In this document: positions 1 to 11,100 of the stretch, in pieces | Numbering within the stretch: the first letter of the stretch is position 1 | Layout of the letters: every line of letters begins with the position of its first letter | Made by a program: the position numbers and the translations under genes | Source of the DNA: Trichosphaerium sp. ATCC 40318 | Taxonomy: Eukaryota; Protista; Tubulinea | Assembly: GCA_038496445.1 (NCBI GenBank) | Contig: JALMLS010000385.1 | Span: 294,813-358,812 of the forward strand | Direction: 5' to 3' | Length of the DNA stretch: 64,000 bases | Notes under the pieces: model-generated | Told to the model about the DNA's origin: nothing | Seen by the model: only the letters and a program-made list of their open reading frames with translations | Databases searched by the model: none

Positions 1-2
1 AC

Positions 3-230
3 ATTTCACGAAATAACCAAACAAATGATAAGTTATATCTTCACGGAACAAATGTTCACATCTATGTTGCTGATGCTGAAACGCCACAGGTGTTCCCTCT
101 TCAAGTATTTGCTCAAGTTACCAGGATACCAAACGAAAAAGATATTAAGATGATACACTTTTTGGGGGTTTACAGACATTCTCAGCTAGTTAATAGTAAC
201 ACTATAAACCTTACTATGCACACCTCTTGA
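3..230 (+). CDS. 3' end of an unidentified gene (ISRNNQ...TMHTS*)
   Basis: Open frame from window start to TGA 228-230, followed by AATAAA near 272. Confidence 0.5.
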   Translation: MSRNNQTNDKLYLHGTNVHIYVADAETPQVFPLQVFAQVTRIPNEKDIKMIHFLGVYRHSQLVNSNTINLTMHTS

Positions 231-590
231 TTAACACGAGTTGAATTATGTAGTACGTACAATTTACCAAAAATAAAATATCTGCAGAATGAATTTAGTC
301 TGTCACGTGGATATTTTACAATTTAAAACTATCATCGTTGTGTTGAATCACATACAGAAGTGCCAAGCTAGATCATTTAGAGCTATATAGTACTTTAAAA
401 AGACATCGAACAGCTTTATTCTGGCGCTGTTCAAACTATTCAGTGAATAAGAGCCAACTAAAGAAAAACGAAAGTCATTTCAAATCCATAAGCGCAAACC
501 CAAACTTAGTTTACAGCACCGCAAGTCTTCTCAACACAGTAGAACAAGCCCAGATAGAATTATACTCACAATTGATAAAAAAGTCTCACA

Positions 591-1442
591 ATGATACCAG
601 GCGCTTTGAAAATAACCGCATTACCACAAGAGATGACCCAGTGTATAATATACGCCCTATGTGATAATAACAACGTTAAAAGTACGTTAAAATCACTATC
701 ACGCTTCTCAGTATGTAAGAAATGGCACAACATCGTCTCTGGCGATGCTACATGGATTTCTCTCTACAAAACGCACTACAAGCCTCAAAACTACATAGAC
801 GGCCAGTACTACCCTCCTTTGTTCTCTACAGATAAAAAAAAAGTGGCAGCACCAAACCGACCAACAGATGTTTTGACTTGGAAGCAAAAATTCAAAGCGG
901 AGCATGTGCTTGTTGACAAATTACGATTTAATAGCTTCTTGTCTTTCCATTCGTTTTACTACCTCATTGAGAATAGTAATGCACACTCTAGAGGGTGGAC
1001 AGAGGAAGAATATGACAAGTATTTCATGGAACATGATGATGAAGTACAAAATCATATAGAAACAACACACTCTTTTATAGCAAACGTACTCATTCGTAAA
1101 GAATATTTTGATGCTATGGTATGTCTGTATAAACAGTGGGATTCCTCAGCAAAGTATATGGACGATCATGGCTACTTTACAGATAGCAGACTGGAGTTTG
1201 AGTTCCATACAATCGAGGAGGAAATATTTAGATTACTTTTCTATGATACACCCTTTGATAAGCAAGCTTGGTGTAAGTACTTTATAGCACTTAAGATAGA
1301 ATATCAAAAGTATAAGTTTTATGAACCGTTGCATCCACACGTGTTTGTTGAACATGTCAAAAAGTTTGTTAATGACGATGATGAACTTTTTGACTTGTTA
1401 CCAAGAACAAACAAAGCACATACTGATGGCAATGAATGGTGA
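591..1442 (+). CDS. F-box domain protein, intronless
   Basis: N-terminal ITALPQEMTQCIIYAL...SVCKKWHNIVSGDATW matches the F-box consensus; 283 aa uninterrupted ORF. Confidence 0.75.
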   Translation: MIPGALKITALPQEMTQCIIYALCDNNNVKSTLKSLSRFSVCKKWHNIVSGDATWISLYKTHYKPQNYIDGQYYPPLFSTDKKKVAAPNRPTDVLTWKQKFKAEHVLVDKLRFNSFLSFHSFYYLIENSNAHSRGWTEEEYDKYFMEHDDEVQNHIETTHSFIANVLIRKEYFDAMVCLYKQWDSSAKYMDDHGYFTDSRLEFEFHTIEEEIFRLLFYDTPFDKQAWCKYFIALKIEYQKYKFYEPLHPHVFVEHVKKFVNDDDELFDLLPRTNKAHTDGNEW

Positions 1443-1805
1443 CTTTACCAAATGCTCATTTTGCTACATAATACCATCATACAGTGTAAGTGGCATACCT
1501 TCAATAAACAATCATATTTCCTACGTTGTACTTCTTTTCACGTTTAATGTGAGGTTGATTATGTCTTCTCTACCATTCATACAACTTATTACTAGTAAGG
1601 CTACTTTATTAGTAGTAGGAAAGTAGTTACAGAAGAACAGTTTGCTGCAACAGCAAACATTTCAAATGCTGTTAACAAAACCACTCTTGGCAGTACAAAG
1701 TGACTTGAAAATATCACGTGTTTCAAAAAAAAAACCTATCAAGGATTTATCTTATTCGTTTATCTTTGTTGACTGTTTTTGAACCATTGTCTATCTACAA
1801 ATTGA

Positions 1806-2717
1806 ATGGGTTCTACGATATCAAACACAGTTACAAACGTTATTAGCTTGTTAGCTAAAAAAAAGCTGTTAGACCTTCCAACAGAGATACTAGCGCATTT
1901 GCTCAAGTTTATAGATCGTGCTGATCGATTTAGTGTTTCTCAAAGCTGTAGACGGTTATCAGACATCATACGTTACCATGTTGGATACAATTACATTGCC
2001 ATTGACTCGACATCATCTTGTTCTCGGCTACAGGGAAGTCCCCTTCTCAAAAACACAAGAATATCACTAGCAGGGTTCAAACAGGCAAGAAATGATGATC
2101 TCAGATATCTTTCTGGTGTTCATGAGCTATTTCTTTATCGGAACGAGTATATCACAGATTTAACATGTATACAAGGTGTTCGTTATTTGTTACTGTTTGA
2201 TTGCCCGAATATCAGTGACAACGGTATAGTAGCAGTTGCTAAACATCTCAAGGAATTGTATATGAGCGGCGCGCCTAAAGTGACATCTATAGGTATGAAA
2301 GCACTCTCTGGAGTACCAAATATCCATCTGCCAAGCTCTAAAGTGACAGATGATGTGTTGGTAGAGTTATCTGGAGCACACACAATCAACTTAGGTCTTT
2401 GTAAACTCATAACAGATGAAGGTATTTCTGCCTTGGCTGGTGTACATACAATAGACTTGACTTTGACAAGAGTGACAGATAAAGGAGTCCATGCTTTAGC
2501 TGTTGCTGGCGTGCACAACATCAACCTTTCTTATTGTACGAGAATCACTGTTGCTTGTATGAAAAGTCTTGCTAATGCTCACACTATTGATCTATCGTAT
2601 ACACATGCAACAGATGACTGGCTTGCTCCTCTTTCTAACATCAAGGTGCTAAAACTACTGGGTTGCGAAAACATCTCAAGGAAAGTAATTATCAAAGGAG
2701 TAAAGATCAGTTACTAG
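1806..2717 (+). CDS. F-box/leucine-rich repeat protein, intronless
   Basis: LLDLPTEILAHLLKFI...VSQSCRRL F-box, then about 22-aa cysteine-containing LRRs (ITDEGISALAGVHTIDL). Confidence 0.85.
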   Translation: MGSTISNTVTNVISLLAKKKLLDLPTEILAHLLKFIDRADRFSVSQSCRRLSDIIRYHVGYNYIAIDSTSSCSRLQGSPLLKNTRISLAGFKQARNDDLRYLSGVHELFLYRNEYITDLTCIQGVRYLLLFDCPNISDNGIVAVAKHLKELYMSGAPKVTSIGMKALSGVPNIHLPSSKVTDDVLVELSGAHTINLGLCKLITDEGISALAGVHTIDLTLTRVTDKGVHALAVAGVHNINLSYCTRITVACMKSLANAHTIDLSYTHATDDWLAPLSNIKVLKLLGCENISRKVIIKGVKISY

Positions 2718-2775
2718 TTGTAGCTAATAACTTAGTAAACATTATAAGTTAGCCTTTCTTTTTTAGAAGTTACAA

Positions 2776-3422
2776 ATGGAAAGCAACGTGCCTAACACGC
2801 ATCCCTTTGATCTCAGTTCACTCCCTGTTGAAGCAATCGTTCATATCCTTAAATGTGGGACGTACGCCCTTCGTTTAGGGCAGACTTGCCTTTATTGAGT
2901 GATGCCGTAATCATGTCGGCTATGATAATATCCAACTTCAAGCGAATCTATGATAAAACTGCTGTCAGGCCTTTACTTCAGAATACACGCATTTCGCTTC
3001 GAAATATTACACTGGTGGCATTACATTGACTTGAGATAAACTGATGTTGGTGATGAGGGGCTTAAAGCACTTTCTGGCGTTCACACCATCTGTTTGAGGC
3101 AATGTAGAGGAATAACAGATGAAGGTATCAAGGCTTTGGCTGGTGTACATGCTATTACCGAAACAATCTCTGGTGTAACAGATGAAGGGTAAAAGGCGCT
3201 ATCAGGAGTACACTGTAGAGCTACCTATTGTGACTCGATCACTGATAAAGGCATCAAAGCACTGGTTGGTGCACATAGTATTAATTTGGCAGCTGCTCTG
3301 GTATAACAGATGACGGTTTATATGCTTTAGTTGGACTACGTTGCCTTAGAATACATGATTGTGTTAACGTGTCCTGGAAATGCAGAGCAACGTTAGGCGA
3401 AAGAGGTGTGAAAGAATTCTAA
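2776..3422 (+). pseudogene. Degenerate tandem copy of the F-box/LRR gene
   Basis: LSSLPVEAIVHILK, PLLQNTRISL and ITDEGIKALAGVHAI motifs broken by frameshifts and in-frame stops. Confidence 0.75.
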
Positions 3423-3713
3423 ATAGATATTTTCAATAAAAGTTACTTTACAATTAAACATTTGTGCATGTAGTAGAAAATAGACGTTTGTGCAAAGCGA
3501 CAACCTTACACAACAACTGTTATGATACTTTTGGAAAGGTTGTATGGGCTTGGATTATACCGACAAAGAAATGACAATCAAACGTTTCAATGAAGTGTTT
3601 TTTTTTAAATTATTTGTTTTGTGCACAAGAAACGACATACGTCGCTCCTATTTTAAAGTTTGGTGTCTTTTTTTTGTTTGTGTTGTTTGATGAGTAACTC
3701 CTTTAATAAGATG

Positions 3714-6700
3714 TTAATAGAAGTGCTCAGGATTCGACTTGGATGCATCACCAGTTGTATCAGTATACATATCCTACAAAAAAAAATTACTAATTACAAT
3801 CATGTTGAATGCACGTGATACAGTTCTATTCGCTCAAATCCTACTTATTTATACGCCCACAGAAATACGGTACGTTTATGTCGCTTATAAAAACAGTATT
3901 TTGAGGGGCGGAGGGCAAAAAAAAGGAAGGATTTGCATGAATAGAAGTGAAGTTTAAGCAGCTTTGTTTTCGAATGTAGTATCGTACCATGTCATCAGTA
4001 TCAACATCATCGCTATCTACTATATCTACAGATGATTCCTCTATAGTCTTCTGAGTAGAAGGAGGAGCAGGAGGTACATAAGATAGTGAATCAGGTGGTT
4101 CAGCTCTAAGCGGCTGAAGTGGATCATCTTGAGGTTTGCCATACTTTTCCATTTCAGTGTAACGAACACTATCAAGTACAAGTCAGAAGAAATCAAAATC
4201 AAATAGCACAATTTAAGGTAGAAAATATTGAGTAAAAACACCTTGCGACTAAAGCGCATATTTGCACAATAGGCACAAGAAACACTCATAACTTGTTTCC
4301 CTGTTCAGTAAAATAATAAACCGATCATATAGTTACATGCTACCAAGTATAATTTACGAAAATGGTAGCGTGTAACTGCACAGATATACAATATTAAACT
4401 CAATGAACTTATAGTCCAAAACAGAAGTCACAAAATGAGATAAAATAAAAAACTTCAAACATTAAAAACGCACTAAAGATCGTCATCGTTCTCGACACGG
4501 TGATATGCCTACATAAAATATTATTGCTTTAATTACAAGCTATACTTACGCTATTATAGAATTTTCCTTTAGAATTCTTGGCACATGCACAATACAAGAA
4601 AATACTCAATAAAATGAGAATTACTATTGCTATGCTAATAATCATAACAAGTCCTAATGTACTGAACATAGGCGGTTTACTAGGCTTTACTAATGATAAA
4701 GGTGTTAGTATACGTATTTACCATTACTAAGTATGTCATTCAAGTTAAATCACGTGTTGTGTAACTGAAAAAAACCAGAAAAATTGAGCGAGGTTTTGAC
4801 ATGCATGTTTTAACTTGAACGACACTCAATAACCAACTTAAACATTCTTTACCTTCATGGTTCTTATTTTCTACACTGACAGCTTGTACACCCTTCTTTA
4901 GAAGGTCCTCTAATAGTAAAGAAATAAGAAAAAAATAAGAAAATCCTTGTAAGTCCCAAAATGTGCTTACCTTTTCTTGACTCATAGTTTGATACAGCAG
5001 CAGTTGCTGCATTATCTGCTGTTCTACCTGCTGGTAGTAAATTATCTACAAATCCTATGACTATTACAGCTTCAACAGCACGCTTGCTTGTAGAACAATG
5101 CGTTAAGATAAAAGCTGCTGCTGCATCTTTAGGATCAATCAACGATAGTACAAGTGCCTCAGCACCAATAAAGCACTCGCTCATCGATACAGACACAAGA
5201 AACCTCTGATTTATCTGGAAGAAAACTAGGGTTAATTCGAAGTGTTTCAATATTAACTCACCAAACCAGAAGCTATTGGTTGCTTTGTTGCAGTTGGAGG
5301 CACGGATGTTGGTGTTTCAGTTGTTGGAGATATGGTAGTTGGAGGTTTCGTTGGAACCTCTGTTGTTGGAGCATCAGTTGTAGGAGCCTCAGTGGTTGGC
5401 GCTTCACTTGTAGGAGCATCAGTTGTTGGTGCATCTGTGGTCGGCGCGTCCGTTGTTGGAGCATCTGTTGTAGGCGTATCGGTGGTAGGAGATTTAGTTG
5501 GAACCTCTGTTGTTGGAGCATCAGTTGTAGGAGCTCCAGTAGTTGGTGGTTTAGTTGAAGGAGCATCTGTGGTTGGAGAATCAGTCTACAGTACGATTAG
5601 ATAATAAATGATAACATTATGATGTACCACAGTAGCTGGAGCAACAGTAGTATTTGCAGGCGTTGGAGCAACAGGAGCAATAGTAGTATTTGCAGGCGTT
5701 GGCTCAGCAGTTACATTTGTGGGTGTTGGCGCATCAGTAACGTTTGGGTTAGTTGGAATCTTAGATTCAACTATTTACGATTAGAAATGTTGGAAAAGGT
5801 GTGAACATTGATAGACGTACTACAAGGATATGTAAAGCCGTTGACAGTAACATTAGATTCAGGAAATGTTGGTACAGTATTGTTTCCATCAAGTATTGAT
5901 ACACCCGAACAGTTTGTAAGGAAGGACAACTGTTCATTAGCTTGCTCTGACAAAAAAGAGTAAGGTTCATTTCATAGAACAAACAATGCAATTGGTACCA
6001 TTAAGAAGAGAAATGAGGTCCGGACACACATCTGCGAAGTGGTCACATGCGCTTTTGCACATTGGTTCACCAACCAAAACTAGGTAAAAAAGTGAGAACA
6101 TGCACCAATATTTATCTAATTACCTTGTGGATTGTCAAGACATTTCGGACTGAGGGTTGAGCAAACCAACTCGGTGAACACTTCAAGACAACCTGGTGAT
6201 TGTGATGCAACCTGGGTCGCCACAGGGAGTAGGTCCGTTAATGACGTTGAATAGACATCATCCTAAACTACTCGTGAGTATTGATATTCAAACGTAGTGG
6301 ATATAATGACATACAAGAGTATTGTTACCCAAAGTAAAGACACCATTTGAGAAATTACCAACAAAAGAAGAACAAAAGTCCTTTGCTACTTGAGGAGCGT
6401 CCTCGAAACTGCGACATTCACCAAAGGCTTCCTTGGGATTACTCATGGGAGTTGGTTCGCTAGTGACATTTGCTGGAGCTGGAGCAACAGTGGTGTTCGC
6501 TTGCGCTGGAGCGGATGGAGCGATAGTAGTGTTTGCTTGTACTGGAGCAGAAGGTGCGATAGTAGTATTTGCTTGTACTGGAGCGGATGGAGCAATAGTA
6601 GTGTTTGCTTGTACTGGAGCAGAAGGAGCAATAGTAGTATTTGCTTGTACTGGAGCAGATGGAGCAATAGTAGTGTTCGCTTGTACTGGAGCAGATGGAG

Positions 6701-7433
6701 CAATAGTAGTGTTTGACACTGTTGGTGTATCAGTATCGTTAGATTCAACGTCACGCTTGTACCCATAGTCACCATTAAAACCTAAGTTAACAATCATTTA
6801 AAAACCGGTTTTGTGCCTTTATGAACTTTTTCACGCACCACTAAATACCTGAATAGGTAACGGTTTCGAGTAGGAATTCGATATTCGTACCGTGATACTA
6901 TTCAAAGTACTAGGTCTAGAGTAGACAAGGTGTAACATCCTGAACAAATATTAGAGTTTTCACGTGATGTATTCGACGGTACCATGATGTAAGAGGTTGT
7001 ACAGTAGGTGCAGGGTGTGTGAGAGGTTCAACACATAAAGTTGAACTTGCGCAATCGCTTCCAAGCACAATATTGTCAGCAGCTGTATCTGTGCGCTGTT
7101 GCTGGCGTGTGGTACTAATTTGTAGGTTCAGTTCCTCCACTGCGCTCTCTAATGAGGAAATATCAACCTCCTTTTTATTTTGGTTAGACACAAATAGTAT
7201 GCTTTTAAAGTTCTAGCGACATGCAAAATCGCACCCATAAAATAGATTCACTGGCGGGAAGAGTTATAAACGCAGTTTCGAGAAAGTTTGTGTTGCGCGT
7301 GAGAGATGATGCCGTAGTTGACGCCAAGATTACAATGGCGATTATCTGATGCGGTTTAGTAAACAAGCGATGTTATTGGTAAAAAGGACAAAAGAATTGA
7401 AATACGAACCGCCAATTGTAATAGACCTGACAT
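3714..7433 (-). CDS. Multi-exon type I membrane glycoprotein: signal peptide, P/T-rich stalks, Frizzled-like cysteine-rich domain, TM helix, acidic tail
   Basis: MSGLLQLA|IIAIVILASTTASS start; Cys pattern C...FC...PGCLEVFTELVCSTLSPKC...PMCKSACDHFADVC; TM LGLVMIISIAIVILILLSIFLYC near 4590-4660. Joining of the last exons (4152-3988, 3773-3714) is uncertain. Confidence 0.6.
5330..5580 (-). repeat. 15-nt coding tandem repeat (PTTDA/PTTEV)
   Basis: Periodic gttggagcatcagtt units. Confidence 0.9.
6463..6720 (-). repeat. 36-nt coding tandem repeat (ANTTIAPSAPVQ, about 6 copies), each with an N-glycosylation sequon
   Basis: Visible in ORF 6288-6797. Confidence 0.95.
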
Positions 7434-8180
7434 GGCGACCTGTATGTCGCGGTATTGTACTAGTGAACAGACTTGACACTCAGTGGCTTAAAGGCGAATA
7501 TGCTCACTGTCACTGACACACTCTCTAGGAATGAACGCACTAGTGCGAAGTCGAACAACCTAACCTGTGGTTTGGGATTTTCAATGAAAGTGATCTTAAT
7601 CTCTTGTTTTTGCAATCTCTCAATCAGTGCAAGTTGTAAACGTGATACAAACCAAGGATTACGCTCTAGTACTTTGACCCAAACAATGAAGCCACGATCA
7701 GTGAGACTTTTCAAGATTAAGGCAACCACATGAAGCTTACTGAGTCAGTTTCCTAAAATAAACTACACGAGGGATCGTACTAGTCGTGTTATTGTTTTGA
7801 CAGTTTTTGTTCCCCAAAAACAAATACTCAACGCCAAAAGTTGCCGATTAATGTCGTTTGCCTTTACAAGGGTTATATCTCTGTAGAAGCACGGCAGCGA
7901 ACCTCCAAAAACTGTATGGAAAAGCAAAAAGGGAGTTTTGAGCCAGAGTCATCTGGAGGTACGTGCTACATATTTAACAGTATATAAGCGCATGTCAAAA
8001 CATTTGTGTTAACGCCACACGCACATTGTAGAGACACGAATAGCACCTCTCTCGACGCTATGTGCACTCATTTCTGGCGAATTAGAACAAAATACAGACG
8101 CGATTCTACAATTGTGGGCAACGCGGTTGTATCTATCTCGTTTTGTATCCGGCGTACGCTATTTTACACTAAAATTCGTC

Positions 8181-11100
8181 ATGCGTGCTTATAAAAAGCA
8201 GGATTCAGACAGCAAAAGACGCAAGCAAAAATCTGCTTTTGATTTTATTACCCACTTCCTGAGTACTGTACCATCAAAGAAACTAAGCCGTAAGGAGAAT
8301 CGCGCTTTGAGAAGGGTACGGATTTTCTAGCCATTCATCTTCCTAAATAGTAATACCCTTGTTCCCTTAGCTATTGGATACAATGAACAGGGATAGATTA
8401 TCATTTTCGACTAGAAATGTACAATTTCCCTTGTTGTACCCAGGCGAAGAAATATCTAATGAACGTCAAGGCACGTGATACGAAACAATAAAGCAAAAAA
8501 AAAAATCAGAACATGTGAAGATATGTTTTTCTCCTGTCTTGCTTACTTATCTATAGACATTGAATTTAAGCTTAAAGATAATTGGATACGTGGTAGAGTA
8601 TCGAGTACAAACTTCAGGTTTATATTTGTGGCATCGCAGGGCGTTTATTCTTTGACAGAACCAAACACCTCAAAGTTTGTGTTTATCGTACGAATTTTTT
8701 TTTCAACTGACATCTTTGACTTTTGTGTCTTATGAATTTTTGTATAGCGCTCTTTCTTTTATCAAGATATACACAGAGTTACTATGCCTTCAACAACTGA
8801 ACTGTTTATTATAACTAAATCATTTACAACTATTTATATTCGCACATCAAAGCCAGTTATAAGACTTCTTGAAGGTATTGAAATCAAATTTGCCAAGTAC
8901 TTACACTATATTAGTCGACTTAAGAACACGTCTTGAAGATCAGGGCCAAGGGCATGTTACTCGCCTAATGCAGTTAAAATTGTACGAAACTACATTATTT
9001 TTGTTCAAAATATTGATAAGTTTTGTTTTAGATGTAAAAGACTTTCTCCACCGATAAGTTCGCCTTATGTTCCAGCTAAGGAGTTTAAGAGAATGCATAT
9101 AAAATTTGAAGTTGGTCAATGGCGTATTATAAATAGAGCGTACAACTTGTCAAGATTCATTGGTGATGTATGTCACTTCTTCTATGCTTGTTCCTCTTGC
9201 TTATTATTTTGTAGAATTGTATGGTTTTGCCTTTTGTCACACCAGATACGATGATACTAGAAACGGGTAAACACCGAAAGTATGTGATACTTCTTACCTT
9301 TTATTCTTTAACCACTTCCATCTTTAATCTTCTACTAGACCTCAAGGTATAGTACCATACCTCACATGGGCGTCGGTACAATTTTTTTTTATTTCCATGG
9401 AACCACAATCAATATTTACACTTTGTTAAAACTAGCCATCTGGTGGCTGCTTATTCCGAGATGCATCTCCGAGAGCAATTCGTATAGGCGAGCGTGTTTC
9501 TCTAAATAACAAAACAATGTATAAACTACTATCTAATTGCAACGCCAGTAACCTTGCAAAACCACCAGCAATGTAAGCATAGCCAAATCACTATTGCCTT
9601 AGTTGACCTTGCTGTAGGAGAGGTCAACATTTTATATTCTCAGTTGATGACGGTGATACACAGCTAATTAACCAAGCGTACAACAGATACAATCCGTTCA
9701 TGGAGACAACAAACACTTTAGCACCAGACTGGACGCCTAAAGTTCTACAGAATACGTGGTCAATCACTGATACTACATATCAATATAACCGTTTGTTAAA
9801 TGTATCAAAGAGCTCGCACAGTAGAAATGCGCTTCGGAAAGGCATAATGAGATTAAGTGGTAATGACTTCTAAAAAATCAGTAACAAGTTTTGATTTTTT
9901 TAACTTTTCATAGATACTCGTATTAGGACTCTCTTAAACATATCGATTGAGATAGCAACTTGCCTTAGTTCTCGCGCAAATGCAATAGTTCAAGCTCCAG
10001 ATGGAGAAGTAACAGCACAGTTAGTACGTAGCATTAGCTGTCAAAAAAAACCTCTCGGAATATTTGTTTGTACTTTTTTTAATTACATATTGTTTAGGTT
10101 TGCTTGGCACAGATTCTTATTGATCCTTATTTCCGTACATACCGTGGTATCCTTGTTTTGATAGATAAAGAATGGAATAGTCTATGCCTTTCTGCAAGAG
10201 CTCTTCCACGTAATTATGAAGTAGCTTTCTTGCAGTTTGTTGAAAGCATATGGTACTGCAATATACCTCTTTTCTCTATCTAATACTCATGGAATATTAT
10301 AAGGCAAATACAACGTCATTTTCCAGATGCTTTTGAGTATAATGAACAGTTCCTTATTGAATTAATGCGTGCTGTAAATTCTGGATTATTCAACGAACTT
10401 ATTTTTATTCCACATGTACACCCACTATTTTTATTTGCCTTTTTTTCTCCATCACGTGTTAGCAACGAATTAATGTCTTTAGAGACAACGAAAGAATATG
10501 AAGCTACATACGCACTCTATGTCTGTAGTGAACTACTTTTTTATGTCTTCTGTACTCCTTAGATGTACAAACCCACTCTATGCTGGAATGGATGCGTATC
10601 CTGATATCATAAAAGATATTAAACCATTACAACGTGTGGCTTTATGGGAGAGATACTATTTAGGACCTGACCCAAATACACCGTACGCAATTTTATCTAC
10701 TATATCTCCACAATGTGGGTAGTTGGCTGCTTGAGTATTACTAAGTGAGTGTAGGTTGCTATCACCTAGTCGTTTGAAGCATTATAAGACCAGTAAAGGA
10801 GCTGGTTCACCTTATCTAAGAGGAAGAGTGATGCCATTCAGCTCATCACATTTTGTAAATTTATCTTACTTGTCACTGCAAGATATAACAAATGAACAGT
10901 TGGTTTGTGTCAATGAGACTCAGCCATTCGAATACACAAAGTATGATTATTTTTTGACATCTTCAAAAACCCTTTACTTAGTACTAACAATTTCGTTGTT
11001 TTAGGGAGTTGTATGCTCACAATAATCTATTGAGTGCTACAAAGGCAAAGAAAGACCGCGTAAGAAAACGATGGCCAGCTCTGTTTTCAAAACTAACTTC

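Noticed and set aside
2776-3422. In-frame stops as evidence for an alternative genetic code
   Set aside because: They co-occur with frameshifts, and intact genes end with TAA, TAG and TGA normally.
6463-6720. 36-nt periodic repeat as a CRISPR array
   Set aside because: No unique spacers, in-frame coding repeat, eukaryotic context.
7460-7950. Minus-strand ORF upstream of the membrane glycoprotein
   Set aside because: Cannot be tied to a start or to the downstream gene, and no domain is recognised.
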